The notes under the pieces: model-generated
What the model saw: only the letters and a program-made list of their open reading frames with translations
Database searches by the model: none
What the model was told of the DNA's origin: nothing
DNA from: Roseovarius sp.
GTDB taxonomy: Bacteria; Pseudomonadota; Alphaproteobacteria; Rhodobacterales; Rhodobacteraceae
Assembly (NCBI GenBank): GCA_031580875.1
Contig: JAVLCJ010000003.1
Span: 1,773 to 65,772, forward strand
DNA length: 64,000 nt
Direction of reading: 5' to 3'
Translations under genes and position numbers: made by a program
Shown: positions 26,711-39,141 of the stretch, in pieces
Layout: every line of letters begins with the position of its first letter
How positions within the stretch are numbered: the stretch's first letter is position 1

Positions 26711-27529
26711 TCAGTCATGCGCAACCCCCAGGTAAGCGTCGATGACGGCTTGGTTGTTGCGCACCTCGTCCGGCGTCCCGTCCCCGATCTTCTTGCCGTA
26801 ATCCATCACGACCACCCGGTCGCTCAGGTCCATGACCACGCCCATGTCATGCTCGATCAGCACGATGGTGGTGCCGAATTCGTCATTCACATCAAGGACA
26901 AAGCGCGACATGTCCTCTTTCTCTTCAACGTTCATGCCCGCCATGGGCTCGTCCAGCAGCAGGATCGACGGCGCCGCGGCCAGCGCGCGCGCCAGTTCCA
27001 CCCGCTTCTTGAGCCCGTAGGGCAAGCGCCCCACCGGGGTCTTGCGGATATGCTGGATCTCCAGAAAATCAATAATCTTTTCAACGGCCTCCCGGTTCGC
27101 GGTCTCTTCCTCTTCAGCCTTGCCCTTCCACAATGCCTGCGCGAATAACCCGGCTTCCATCTGCCGGATGCGGCCCGTCATCACGTTGTCCAGAACGGTC
27201 ATCCCCTCGAACAGGGCGATGTTCTGGAAGGTCCGCGCAATGCCTTGGCGCGCAACTTGGTAAGGCTTCATCGGTGGCCGTTTCGCCCCCTTGTACCAGA
27301 CCTCGCCCTCCTGCGGATTGTAAAACCCGCTTACCACGTTGAGCATACTGGATTTTCCGGCCCCGTTGGGACCGATGATCGCCCGGATCTCGCCTTCCCT
27401 GACATCGAAGCTGATATCCTTGATGGCCACCACGCCGCCAAAGCGCAGCGTGATGTGCCTCATTTCCATCACCACCCCGCCGATGGCGCGGCCATCCTCG
27501 GTGGTGTATCCCTCGCTTGCGTCAAGCAT
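26711..27529 (-). CDS. ABC transporter ATP-binding protein, LivG-like
   Basis: Walker A GPNGAGKSS, Walker B LLLDEP, and a LivG-type C-terminal extension. Confidence 0.9.
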   Translation of the reverse strand: MLDASEGYTTEDGRAIGGVVMEMRHITLRFGGVVAIKDISFDVREGEIRAIIGPNGAGKSSMLNVVSGFYNPQEGEVWYKGAKRPPMKPYQVARQGIARTFQNIALFEGMTVLDNVMTGRIRQMEAGLFAQALWKGKAEEEETANREAVEKIIDFLEIQHIRKTPVGRLPYGLKKRVELARALAAAPSILLLDEPMAGMNVEEKEDMSRFVLDVNDEFGTTIVLIEHDMGVVMDLSDRVVVMDYGKKIGDGTPDEVRNNQAVIDAYLGVAHD

Positions 27530-27625
27530 CGGCTATCCCCATGAAAAAATGAGCATTCCTCGCCTTGCGGGATGGCGGGTGGGGCGATGTTGCCGGTCCG
27601 GCAACGAGCGTCATCCGGTCATCCC

Positions 27626-29599
<1,974 letters not shown>

Positions 29600-29795
29600 T
29601 TTTCTCCTCCCTGTGTCCGCAGTGCGAACAAGCCCCTGAAAACGGCGATTCCCCGTCGCCTCAGAGTGCTGTGTTATCGTTCACGGTCAAGTATTTCGCA
29701 AAGATTGCCCAATCCTTACGAATTGTAACATGTGTCCCCGGGGGACTTTGAGGTCCTCCGCAAGGGTGCTAGCCATTGAACCCGAGGTTTTCCGC

Positions 29796-31703
29796 ATGAC
29801 GCCCAAGCAAACCGACACGAACGCCATGACACGGGCCGGGCTGAACCTGATTCAGCAGGCGCTCACGATCTATGACCGCGACCTTCGGCTGGCCGTCTGC
29901 AACGCGCGGTTTCAGGAAATGTTCGAACTGCCCGAGTGGCTGGTCACGCCCGGGGCCGCATTCGCCGACACGATCCGGTTCCTGGCGGAGCGGGGTGATT
30001 ACGGCGACGTGGGCGACGTTGACGGCTTTGTCAAAGCGCGCGTCGAGATCGCCCGTGCGTTCGAGCCGCATTACATGGAACGCACCCGTGCCAACGGCCG
30101 CACGATCAGTGTCGAAGGGTCCCCGCTGCCGCAGGGGGGCTGGGTGACGGTCTATACCGATATCACCCGCACCAGTCGTCAGGAGGAGATGCTGCGCGCC
30201 CGCTCCGAGGAGCTGTCGGGACAACTCACCACCTATTCCGAAGAGCTGTCGGCCACGAACCGCGAACTGGAATCGACGATCACGGCGCTGGAGGAAGCCA
30301 AGCGGCAGTTGACCGCCTCCGAGGCACGGACAAGGCTCACGACAGAGATGATGCCGGCCCATATCGCGCATGTCGGCCCTGATCGCCGGTATACGTATTC
30401 GAACCGTCGCCTCAGCAGCGTTCTGCCCGACAGCCAGTCGGAAATCGTCGGCGCGTCGATCGAGCAAGCGCTCGGCCCGCAGGCCTACAACGCGATCCGC
30501 GACCAGCTGGACCAGGCCTTTGCAGGCGAACCGTCGGTCTTCGAATTCACGCATGAGCCCAGCTCGCGCCGGATCCGCGCGGCCTTTACCCCCGACGGGC
30601 AGCAGGGTGGCGTGTACATTCTTTCGATGGACATCACCGAGGAGGCGCAAACACGCGCCGCCCTACAACAGACACGCCGCCGCGAGATGGCCGCGCAACT
30701 GACCAGCGGCCTCGCGCATGACTTCTCGAACCTTCTGACGATCATTCTCGGCATGCAATCGAGACTGCGGCGCATGGCGTTGCCCGAGGGGGCCGATGAC
30801 CTCATCAACGGCACCATCGCGGCGGCCCGACGCGGTGGCGGCCTGTTGAACCGCATCGCCGACATGACCGGCCCGCGCGAACACATGCCGACGCCCACGG
30901 ACTTGTCGGTTTTCCTGAACGACCTCCAAACGCTCGCGCGATCGACACTCACCGAAAGCATGGATTTCCAGGTCAACGACCTGACCCTCGCGGCACGCTA
31001 CATGCTGGATACCGGCATGTTGCAGGATTCCCTGATCAATCTCGTGCTCAATGCGCGCGACGCCTGCGGCCCCGAAGGCCGCATCACGCTGACGGTACGT
31101 GACGTCAGGGAAACGTGGCTTGAATTCGCCGTCACGGATACGGGATCCGGATTTTCCGAAAAGGCCCTTGCGCACGCGCTCGATCCGTTTTTCACCACCA
31201 AGGGCGGCGAAGGTTCGGGGCTTGGCCTTTCGATGGTCTACGACATGACAAAACTTGCCGGAGGGCGCATCGCGCTGTCGAACACAGAACACGGTGGCCG
31301 GGTATGCCTGCGCCTGCCCCTGCGCCGTGCGGACACGTCCGAGGCACCCGGCCTTGTCCTGCTGGTCGAGGACAGCCCCGATTTGCGGGGCGGCATCCGC
31401 GACATGCTGCGCGACGCGGGACACAGCGTGGTCGAGGCCGCAAGCACCGATGAGGCGCTGGCGCTTGTTTCCGAACTGCCGGAAATAGCCGTGGTGCTGT
31501 CCGACATCTCGTTGGAAGGCGCCGGGAACGGGTTGGATTTGCTGGATGAATTGCCCGAGAACCATTGCCCGGCCTTCCTGATGACCTCATTGCCGCCCGA
31601 CAACCCGCTGCACCGGGCCGCGCGCGCGCGGGCGCCCGTCCTGCGAAAACCATTCGCGGCGACGGAGCTTTGGGCATTCCTGCGCGGTGGAGACCCCGCA
31701 TGA
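29796..31703 (+). CDS. Hybrid sensor histidine kinase (PAS - coiled coil - PAS - HisKA - HATPase_c - receiver)
   Basis: H-box LTSGLAHDFSNLL. N/G boxes LVLNARDA, DTGSGF and GGEGSGLGLS. C-terminal receiver LVLLVEDSP...VLSDISL. Start at the ATG at 29796. Confidence 0.9.
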   Translation: MTPKQTDTNAMTRAGLNLIQQALTIYDRDLRLAVCNARFQEMFELPEWLVTPGAAFADTIRFLAERGDYGDVGDVDGFVKARVEIARAFEPHYMERTRANGRTISVEGSPLPQGGWVTVYTDITRTSRQEEMLRARSEELSGQLTTYSEELSATNRELESTITALEEAKRQLTASEARTRLTTEMMPAHIAHVGPDRRYTYSNRRLSSVLPDSQSEIVGASIEQALGPQAYNAIRDQLDQAFAGEPSVFEFTHEPSSRRIRAAFTPDGQQGGVYILSMDITEEAQTRAALQQTRRREMAAQLTSGLAHDFSNLLTIILGMQSRLRRMALPEGADDLINGTIAAARRGGGLLNRIADMTGPREHMPTPTDLSVFLNDLQTLARSTLTESMDFQVNDLTLAARYMLDTGMLQDSLINLVLNARDACGPEGRITLTVRDVRETWLEFAVTDTGSGFSEKALAHALDPFFTTKGGEGSGLGLSMVYDMTKLAGGRIALSNTEHGGRVCLRLPLRRADTSEAPGLVLLVEDSPDLRGGIRDMLRDAGHSVVEAASTDEALALVSELPEIAVVLSDISLEGAGNGLDLLDELPENHCPAFLMTSLPPDNPLHRAARARAPVLRKPFAATELWAFLRGGDPA

Positions 31704-32401
31704 CCGCCCCCCTTGTATTCATCCTGGACGATGAACCGGCCATCCGCACGATGCTGGGAGACACGCTCGAGGAAGCGGGATTTCGCACGATGACCTTCGG
31801 CCGCGCGACCGAGTTCGAAGCGGCCTTGCGCAACACGGCACCCGATATCTGCCTCGTCGATCTTTCGCTACCGGATCGCGACGGCCTGACACTCGTTCAT
31901 CGACTTGCGCTTGAGAACGGCGCGACGGTCATCATCATCTCGGGCCGAGGTGACGTGAAAGACCGGGTCACCGGGTTGGAGCTTGGCGCGGATGACTACA
32001 TCATCAAGCCGTTCGACCCGACCGAGGTGGTGGCGCGCGTCCGGGCCCGGCTGCGCCGCGAGACATCCTCGGCCCGTAAAGGCGACACCGGGTATTTCAA
32101 TGGCTGGACCGCACGTTTCAATCGATACGTTCTGGAGGACGCGAGCGGCGCTGAAACCCCGTTTTCCCACGCCGAGGGACAGGTCCTGCGGCTGTTCCTC
32201 GAACGTCCCAAGCGCCTGATCTCGCGCCAGGCCATGCAGGAGGCTCTCGGCGGTGCTGCCGGGGAAAGTTTCGACCGCGCGATGGATGTGCGCATTTCCC
32301 GCTTGCGGACCAAGCTTGGCGAAGACCCGAGAAACCCCCGATTGATCAAGACGATTTACGGCGCCGGCTACATATTTCTCGGGGATGTCTCGTGGGAATG
32401 A
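31700..32401 (+). CDS. OmpR/PhoB-family response regulator
   Basis: Receiver domain (FILDDE, LVDLSLPDRDG, KPF) plus winged-helix domain (MDVRISRLRTKL...IKTIYGAGYIF). ATGA overlap with the kinase stop. Confidence 0.92.
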   Translation: MTAPLVFILDDEPAIRTMLGDTLEEAGFRTMTFGRATEFEAALRNTAPDICLVDLSLPDRDGLTLVHRLALENGATVIIISGRGDVKDRVTGLELGADDYIIKPFDPTEVVARVRARLRRETSSARKGDTGYFNGWTARFNRYVLEDASGAETPFSHAEGQVLRLFLERPKRLISRQAMQEALGGAAGESFDRAMDVRISRLRTKLGEDPRNPRLIKTIYGAGYIFLGDVSWE

Positions 32402-32427
32402 CGTCACCGCCGGCGCATGTCAGCCGG

Positions 32428-33018
32428 TCAGCGAACGGGCGGGTCTGATGTACAGGCGTCCCACTGCGGCTCGAATCCCAGCACCTCCGTGCCGGGCGGC
32501 AGCGAGGGGTTGAACAGCAAGTTATGTGCGATCGTCGCCTGATGCAGAGGGTTGTGCGATGCCAGCCGCCAAACCTTGCATTCAAGATCGAACCGTTGCG
32601 CGTAGGCATCGAAGATCAGCCGACACTGCGCCGCCTCGTGAATGCGCGCCGCGCCGGGTGATCCCGGCGGAAACGTGGCGGTCAGGATATCCGAGAATTC
32701 GTCAGCCTTTTGGTAATGCGTGGCAGACAGGAATTTCAGCGCCTGCTCTCTCTTCTGTGCGGGGTCGATCGTTTTTGCCGCCATATGCTGTAATTCGGGC
32801 GTCACCGAATAGCCGGGCGCCTTGTTCATCACCGTGATGATCTGCCCCAACGGTTCGGAATCCCCGTCGAGCAGTACATCGGGCATGATCCCGTCGTCGG
32901 GACGACCCTCGCGATCACGCATGGCGAATTGGCGTACATGGCATTGCCATTTCATGAACGCCTTGCGCATCGGGTGGTCGGAATAACTTTGTCCGAACTG
33001 TGCCGCCAAAGAGCTCAT
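32428..33018 (-). CDS. Hypothetical protein (196 aa), last gene of the GS-like/GltS-like operon
   Basis: ATGA start/stop overlap with the upstream C-N hydrolase gene (33015-33018). I recognise no motif. Confidence 0.6.
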   Translation of the reverse strand: MSSLAAQFGQSYSDHPMRKAFMKWQCHVRQFAMRDREGRPDDGIMPDVLLDGDSEPLGQIITVMNKAPGYSVTPELQHMAAKTIDPAQKREQALKFLSATHYQKADEFSDILTATFPPGSPGAARIHEAAQCRLIFDAYAQRFDLECKVWRLASHNPLHQATIAHNLLFNPSLPPGTEVLGFEPQWDACTSDPPVR

Positions 33019-33863
33019 GCAACATTCCTTTTCGAATGGGTTTCAATGGTGAAGGGCCTGTCGTTCATCAGGCTGGGGACCCGTCGCGCGGTTTCCGACA
33101 CCTGATCGAGATCGATTCGCGCTTGCACGACCCCGGGCAGGGTGCCGCCGTCGGCGATGATCTCGCCCCAGGGGTTGACGATCAACGAATGCCCGTAGCT
33201 TTCCCCGCCGCCGGGTATGGCGCCGATCGCGCAGGCGGACACGACGAAGCGGGTGGTCTCGATCGCTCGCGCGCGGTTCAGCACATGCCAGTGCGCCTCG
33301 CCCGTCTTGCGAGTGAACGCCGCCGGGCAGAGCAGCATCTCCGCGCCACCCTGCGCGAGCCGGCGGAAAAGTTCGGGAAACCGCAGGTCATAACAGATCG
33401 TGTGGCCGACCCGGCCAAACGGCGTGTCATGGATCACGGCCCGGTCGCCGGGGCTGACACGCGCGCTTTCACGATAGACTTCCGTGTCCGACAACTGGAT
33501 GTCGAACATGTTGATCTTGTCATAGTGGCCGCGGATCATGCCCGTATCATCCAGCATGTAGCCCCGGTTGACGATCCGTCCGTCCTCGGCATCCACGGCG
33601 ATGGAACCAAGGTTGATCCAGATCCGGCGCTTTGCAGCGAACGCCTGCATTTCCTGCAGGAACGGGTGTTTGTCGGCCGGTGCCGATGGTGGCGCGATGG
33701 CGCTGCCCTCGGCCTTCAACCCGCCGCAATATTCAGGCAGGAAGATGATATCCGCGCCCGCTTTCGCCGCGGCCTCGGCCAGCGGCAGCGCCTCGTCCAA
33801 TGCCGACTGGAAGTCAGGCCTCGGACATGTCTGTAGGCAAGCGATATCAAGCGGGCGCGGCAT
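33015..33863 (-). CDS. Carbon-nitrogen hydrolase (nitrilase superfamily amidase)
   Basis: Glu-Lys-Cys triad contexts FLPEY, YDKINMFD and HTICYDLRFPE. 282 aa. Confidence 0.9.
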   Translation of the reverse strand: MPRPLDIACLQTCPRPDFQSALDEALPLAEAAAKAGADIIFLPEYCGGLKAEGSAIAPPSAPADKHPFLQEMQAFAAKRRIWINLGSIAVDAEDGRIVNRGYMLDDTGMIRGHYDKINMFDIQLSDTEVYRESARVSPGDRAVIHDTPFGRVGHTICYDLRFPELFRRLAQGGAEMLLCPAAFTRKTGEAHWHVLNRARAIETTRFVVSACAIGAIPGGGESYGHSLIVNPWGEIIADGGTLPGVVQARIDLDQVSETARRVPSLMNDRPFTIETHSKRNVA

Positions 33864-33870
33864 GAGGGTC

Positions 33871-34284
33871 CTAGAACTTCATGTAGGCCTTGCGCAGCGC
33901 CACGAGCGGATGGCGATCCGACATCTGGAATTTAAGCAGCAGTTCGCGCGCGATCATGTCGCGATCCTGCTGGTTGTCCGGCAACTCGATCGAATCCGGA
34001 ACCCTGATCCAGCCGTTGTTGTTTCTGTCGAACACGGCAGGCGCCCCCTCTTCGTAGCCCATGTGGATATCTTCCAGCCAATTCAGGTCATCCCAGCCCA
34101 TGACCTCCATGTACTTTTGCAGGTACGGGGTGATCCGGTCGTAATCCGGCACGAGGTTCACATCATAGCGATAGCCGATGTGCTGGCCGATTTCCTTTTC
34201 ACGCTCCGAGTCGAGGCCAGCGGCATCTTCGAGGAACTGGTTGACATCCTTGATTTCCGAGCCGCGATACTGTGATCCAGCCAT
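33871..34284 (-). CDS. Hypothetical acidic protein (137 aa)
   Basis: ATG at 34284, preceded by AAAGGAGAAG. MAGSQYRGSEIKDVNQFLEDAAG...ALRKAYMKF. Coding-like codon usage. It sits between the GltS-FMN-like and C-N hydrolase genes. I recognise no family. Confidence 0.65.
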   Translation of the reverse strand: MAGSQYRGSEIKDVNQFLEDAAGLDSEREKEIGQHIGYRYDVNLVPDYDRITPYLQKYMEVMGWDDLNWLEDIHMGYEEGAPAVFDRNNNGWIRVPDSIELPDNQQDRDMIARELLLKFQMSDRHPLVALRKAYMKF

Positions 34285-34360
34285 TTTCTTCTCCTTTCGG
34301 GTGATGCGTTGGTCGGCGCACCCCGCGGTCGGGCCGCGGGATGCGATCTTGAACGCACCG

Positions 34361-35725
34361 TTACAGGTGGTGATAGTCCTCGACACCAACGGTGTGACCT
34401 GTCCCGGCCAGCGGCACGCCGGCCATCGCCGAGGCCTCCATGGTCAGCGCGGCCAGATCCTCCGGCTCAAGGCTGTGCAGGTAGGTCTTGCCGCAGGCGC
34501 GGGCAAAGAGCTGGGCCTCGATAGTCAGCGTGTGCAGGAAGTTGTAGACACGCTCCGCCGCGGCATCCGGGTCAAGACGTTCCCGCAGCTTGGGATCCTG
34601 CGTCGCCACGCCCACCGGGCACCGCCCCGTGTGGCAGTGGTAGCAGTAGCCCGGCTCCACGCCCATCTCTTCCTCGAAGTTGGCCTCCGGAATGTCCTTG
34701 TTGCAGTTGAGCGCCATCATTGCCGAATGGCCGATCGCGATGGCGTCGGCGCCAAGGGCGATCGCCTTGGCAATGTCGGCGCCGTTGCGAATGCCGCCGG
34801 CATAGATCAGACTGATCTCACCATGTTTGCCAAGGTCGTCGATGGCCTTGCGCGCCTGTCTGATGGCCGCCATACCGGGAACACCTGTATCTTCGGTCGC
34901 GAGGTGGGGACCGGCGCCGGTGCCGCCCTCCATCCCGTCGATGTAGATGGTGTCGGGATCGCATTTCACGGCCATGCGCACGTCATCATACACACGCGCC
35001 GCACCCAGCTTGAGCTGGATCGGAATCTGCCAGTCCGTCGCCTCCCGGATTTCCTGGATCTTCAGCGCCAGATCGTCGGGTCCGAGCCAGTCAGGGTGAC
35101 GCGCCGGCGACCGTTGGTCGATGCCCGCCGGCAGCGACCGCATCTCGGCAACCTGGTCGGTCACCTTCTGTCCCATGAGATGGCCACCGAGGCCGACCTT
35201 GCAGCCCTGCCCGATGAAGAATTCACAACCATCCGCCAGCACGAGGTGGTTCGGGTTGAAGCCGTAGCGCGACTGGATGCACTGGTAGAACCACTTCGAG
35301 CTGTACCGGCGCTCGTCCGGGATCATGCCGCCTTCACCCGAACAGGTTGCCGTTCCGGCCATCGTCGCCCCCCGCGCAAGCGCGGTCTTGGCTTCGTAGG
35401 ACAACGCGCCGAAGCTCATACCGGTGATGTAGACCGGGATATCAAGCTCCAGCGGTTTCTTGGCACGCGGGCCGAGAACCGTCTTGGTTTCGCATTTCTC
35501 GCGATAGCCCTCGATGACGAAACGCGTCAGCGTGCCGGGCAGGAAAGTCAGGTCGTCCCAGTGCGGTATCTTCTTGAACAACGAGAACGCCCGCATCCGG
35601 TACCGGCCGAGTTCGGCTTTGACATGGATGTCATCCATGACCCGGGGCGGGAAGATGAAGCTGTCGCCGATGCGGTTTACATCGCGCTCCAGCTGTTTTT
35701 TCTTCGGCAGATCACCATCAGCCAT
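34361..35725 (-). CDS. FMN-binding glutamate synthase family protein (MgsC/GlxD-like subunit)
   Basis: IYIDGMEGGTGAGP and CYHCHTGRCPVGVATQDP motifs. 454 aa. Confidence 0.9.
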   Translation of the reverse strand: MADGDLPKKKQLERDVNRIGDSFIFPPRVMDDIHVKAELGRYRMRAFSLFKKIPHWDDLTFLPGTLTRFVIEGYREKCETKTVLGPRAKKPLELDIPVYITGMSFGALSYEAKTALARGATMAGTATCSGEGGMIPDERRYSSKWFYQCIQSRYGFNPNHLVLADGCEFFIGQGCKVGLGGHLMGQKVTDQVAEMRSLPAGIDQRSPARHPDWLGPDDLALKIQEIREATDWQIPIQLKLGAARVYDDVRMAVKCDPDTIYIDGMEGGTGAGPHLATEDTGVPGMAAIRQARKAIDDLGKHGEISLIYAGGIRNGADIAKAIALGADAIAIGHSAMMALNCNKDIPEANFEEEMGVEPGYCYHCHTGRCPVGVATQDPKLRERLDPDAAAERVYNFLHTLTIEAQLFARACGKTYLHSLEPEDLAALTMEASAMAGVPLAGTGHTVGVEDYHHL

Positions 35726-35799
35726 GTTTTCGTTCCTTTCGCTTCAGATCGGTGGCGCGGCCCGCCCCGCGTGCTCGCGGAGCGGTGCCGGTATCCACG

Positions 35800-36669
35800 T
35801 CACAGGATCAGTTTCTTCTCGGAGGGCTCGAGGTTGTCGTAGTTCCACAGCTGCTTGCCCGCGACGACTTTCGTGAAGTGGTCGACCCCTTTGTCCGGCA
35901 TCAGGCCGTACTGGGTGAGCTTGCGGGTCAGCCATTTCTTGTCGAGGTCGGTCAGTTCAGCCTCGACAGCATCGACGCCGAGCGACCGGATGTCACCACC
36001 GGCATAGATGGTGCCGTCATACATCGAGTCGCCGAGGTTCTTGCCCGCGTTGCCGCAGACGACCATCCGGCCGCGCTGCATCATGAAGCCCGACAACGCG
36101 CCGGTGTCGCCGCCCACGATGATGGTGCCGCCCTTCTGGTCGATGCCCGTCCGGGAACCGACCGAGCCCTTGCAAACCAGGTCACCGCCGCGCATCGCCG
36201 CCCCGAACGTGGACCCGGCGTTCTTGTCGATGACAACGGTCCCGGCCATCATGTTCTCGCCGCAGGACCAGCCAACGCGACCACTGATGCGGACATTCGG
36301 CCCGTCGATCAGACCGACCCCGAAGTAGCCGCAAGAGCCTTCGATGATCAGGTTCAGCTTGTTCAGGATGCCCACACCCAGCGAATGCTTGCCCCGCGGG
36401 TTCTGCAGAACGATCGTGCCGTAGCCCTCGCGCATGAGGTCGCGGATATTCGCGTTGACCTCTGTCGTGGTCATCTTGTCGGTGTCGATCTCGGTCCGCT
36501 TGTTGAAATCGACATCCGGTGCCCATGGATAGGTGAAACGTTCCGTGGCTTCCGGGTCAAACTCGATGTAGAGCGATTTTCCCGTCAGCTGCTCGGTGCG
36601 CATCCCCAGAGCGGTCACCCGCTCTTCCTGGGTCATCTGTTTCAGTTCTTCGTCGGTTACGCTTGCCAT
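35800..36669 (-). CDS. GXGXG-motif protein (glutamate synthase alpha-subunit C-terminal domain homologue; MgsB/GlxC-like)
   Basis: Repeated beta-helix Gly motifs: GSCGYFGVGL, GRVGWSCGENMMAG, GAAMRGG, GSVGSRTG, GGDTGALSGF. Confidence 0.9.
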   Translation of the reverse strand: MASVTDEELKQMTQEERVTALGMRTEQLTGKSLYIEFDPEATERFTYPWAPDVDFNKRTEIDTDKMTTTEVNANIRDLMREGYGTIVLQNPRGKHSLGVGILNKLNLIIEGSCGYFGVGLIDGPNVRISGRVGWSCGENMMAGTVVIDKNAGSTFGAAMRGGDLVCKGSVGSRTGIDQKGGTIIVGGDTGALSGFMMQRGRMVVCGNAGKNLGDSMYDGTIYAGGDIRSLGVDAVEAELTDLDKKWLTRKLTQYGLMPDKGVDHFTKVVAGKQLWNYDNLEPSEKKLIL

Positions 36670-37592
36670 ACCCGAACCTCCTCGTCATAGGGGTCAGTCG
36701 TGTCGATTTCATGCGGCAGGATCGCCCGGATCGCGACCTCTTCCGAGGCCATCGCGATCAGGTCGTCACTCTCGTAGAGAACGAGAGGCTTCGCCGCCAT
36801 CGTATCCTTGGCCATGCCCAGCTGGTCCTTCGTGGCAACCAGGTAGGTGAACACGCCGTCAATCTCGTTGATGGACTTGCGCAGGCTGTCCTCCAACGCG
36901 ATGCCGTTAGCCAGATTCTGAGCGGTGTAAACGGCCAGCAGCTCGCTGTCGCAATTCGACATGAAACGGTGGCCCTTGCGTTCAAGCTCCCGGCGCATGA
37001 TCCAGTAATTGGTGATCTGTCCGTTATGAACGACGCTGACATCGTTGTACGGGAATGCCCAGTAAGGGTGCGCCGACTTGATATCGACATCGGATTCCGT
37101 GGCCATGCGGGTGTGCCCGATCCCGTGGGTCCCCTTGAAATCCATCAGGCCATATTGCTGCGAGACGACAGACGCGTCACCGAGATCCTTTATGAGCTCT
37201 AGCCCCGCGCCGAGCGACAGGATCTCGACACCGTCGGTCTCCTCGATATGCGTCGCCATCTCGCCGATGTCGCCACCGCCGGTCAGGACATAGCGCAGCG
37301 AATACTCAGTGGGCGCTTGACGGTCCTTGATACGGACATCGTGCTCGGTCAGGATGTCCTCGACCGCCTGAATACGGTCCACGATGATCTGGTGAACGCC
37401 GCGCCCGCGGCCCATATCCTCGGCCTCGGCCACCTTGAGGCGCATGATAAAGTCGCCTTCCTTGGGTTCGCCGTATACCGCATAGCCGGTACTGTCCGGC
37501 CCGCGGTGCTTCAGAGCTTGCAGCATGGCAGTCATTTCAGACCCGACCGCGCTGCTCTTGCCCTTGTGGATCAATCCAGCAATTCCGCACAT
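36657..37592 (-). CDS. Class II (Ntn) glutamine amidotransferase (MgsA/GlxB-like)
   Basis: N-terminal MCGIAGLI with nucleophile Cys2, and a GHTRMAT motif. Overlaps the downstream gene by 13 nt. Confidence 0.9.
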   Translation of the reverse strand: MCGIAGLIHKGKSSAVGSEMTAMLQALKHRGPDSTGYAVYGEPKEGDFIMRLKVAEAEDMGRGRGVHQIIVDRIQAVEDILTEHDVRIKDRQAPTEYSLRYVLTGGGDIGEMATHIEETDGVEILSLGAGLELIKDLGDASVVSQQYGLMDFKGTHGIGHTRMATESDVDIKSAHPYWAFPYNDVSVVHNGQITNYWIMRRELERKGHRFMSNCDSELLAVYTAQNLANGIALEDSLRKSINEIDGVFTYLVATKDQLGMAKDTMAAKPLVLYESDDLIAMASEEVAIRAILPHEIDTTDPYDEEVRVWQA

Positions 37593-37671
37593 CTGGATGC
37601 GCCTCCTCTAGGTTACGATCTTCAAGAAAGGCGGCAGGCCACAGGGCCCGCCGCCCAAGGTACGGAATGCC

Positions 37672-39141
37672 TCAGGGCAGACACTCCATGTACATCTCGT
37701 TGTCCCACTCCGTCACGGTTGACATGAACCGCGCGAATTCGTCCCGCTTGTACTCGTCATAAAGGCTGTACATCTCGCCGGGCATGCCGCGCTGAACGAC
37801 CTTGTTGTCGGCCAGCTTGTCCAGCGCCTCGCCAAGGCTCATCGGCAGCTTCTTGACTTCCTTGCCCTGCTCCATGGCTTCGTAGATGTTGCGCTCTTCC
37901 GGCTCGCCCGGGTCAAGGTTGTTCTCAAGCCCGTCATCCATCGCGGCCAACAGCGTGGACCCCATCAGGTAGGGGTTCACCATCGAGTCGACGGAGCGAT
38001 ACTCGAACCGGCCGGGGGCAGACACGCGCAGGCCGGTCGTCCGGTTCTGGAAGCCCCAGTCACTGAAGACCGGCGCCCAGAAGCCCGTGTCCCACAACCG
38101 GCGGTACGAGTTCACGGTGGAACAGCCGATCGCGGTCAGCGCCTGCAGGTGATGCACCACGCCGCCGATCGCCTTCAGGCCCTCCTTGCCCGGCATCTGC
38201 GGGTCGTCGGTATCGGGCATGAAGGTGTTTTCGCCACCTTTCACGTACATGTAGTTCTCGGGCGACCCGGGCAGGTTGTCAGGGTCGTTGCCGGTGGGCT
38301 TGAACTCGTCCGTCCCCGGGCTCCACAGCGACATGTTGTGGTGGCAGCCGCTGGCCGACACGCCCATGAAGGGCTTGGTCATGAAACAGGCGAAAATGCC
38401 ATGCTCGCGCGCGACCTGGGCGCAGATCTGGCGGTAGGTCGTCAGACGGTCCGCGTTGCGCAGCACGTCGTCGAATTCCCAGTTGAGCTCCAGCTGACCG
38501 GGCGCGTCCTCGTGGTCGCCCTGGATCATGTCGAGACCCATCTTGCGGGCATAGCGGATCACCTGCAGCGATACCGGCCGCAGGCTTTCGAACTGGTCGA
38601 TGTGATAGCAATAGGGCTTCGAGAAGCCCGGCCCCGGCTTGCCGTTCTCGTCGAATTTCAGCCACATCATCTCGGGCTCGGTCCCGATGCGCAGCTGCGT
38701 GCCGTGCTTCTTCTGGAATTCCTCGTGCATCCGGCGCAGGTTGCCGCGGCTGTCCGCGGTCAGGTAACCGCCGGGATTTTCCTTTTCCTCGCGGTTGCGG
38801 AACAGGGTGCAATAAAAGCGACCGATCTCGGGGGCCCAAGGCAGCTGCATGAAGGTCTCGGGCTCGGGAATGCCGACCAGTTCGGCCGCCTCGGGGCCAT
38901 AGCCTAGATAGTCGCCCGCGCGGTTCAGGAAGAGGTTGACCGTCGAGCCATAAACCAGTTGGAAGCCTTTTTTCGCGACGCGCTCCCAATGATCGGCCGG
39001 AATCCCCTTGCCCATGATCTTGCCGGTGACCGAAACGAATTGAAGATACAGGTACTCTATCCCCAGCTCGTCGATCTTCTTGCGGACCGCCTTGACCTTC
39101 TCGTCGCGCCCCTCGGCCTCGACAAATCTTTCGATATCCAT
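37672..39141 (-). CDS. Glutamine synthetase family protein, type III-like (GlnT / gamma-glutamylmethylamide synthetase GmaS-like)
   Basis: Gln-synt catalytic-domain motifs (TEPEMMW, GCHHNMSLW, NSYRRL). Start at the ATG at 39141 (MDIERFVEAEG), preceded by GGGAGAAAAA. The 148 upstream codons of the track ORF are rejected. Confidence 0.9.
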   Translation of the reverse strand: MDIERFVEAEGRDEKVKAVRKKIDELGIEYLYLQFVSVTGKIMGKGIPADHWERVAKKGFQLVYGSTVNLFLNRAGDYLGYGPEAAELVGIPEPETFMQLPWAPEIGRFYCTLFRNREEKENPGGYLTADSRGNLRRMHEEFQKKHGTQLRIGTEPEMMWLKFDENGKPGPGFSKPYCYHIDQFESLRPVSLQVIRYARKMGLDMIQGDHEDAPGQLELNWEFDDVLRNADRLTTYRQICAQVAREHGIFACFMTKPFMGVSASGCHHNMSLWSPGTDEFKPTGNDPDNLPGSPENYMYVKGGENTFMPDTDDPQMPGKEGLKAIGGVVHHLQALTAIGCSTVNSYRRLWDTGFWAPVFSDWGFQNRTTGLRVSAPGRFEYRSVDSMVNPYLMGSTLLAAMDDGLENNLDPGEPEERNIYEAMEQGKEVKKLPMSLGEALDKLADNKVVQRGMPGEMYSLYDEYKRDEFARFMSTVTEWDNEMYMECLP

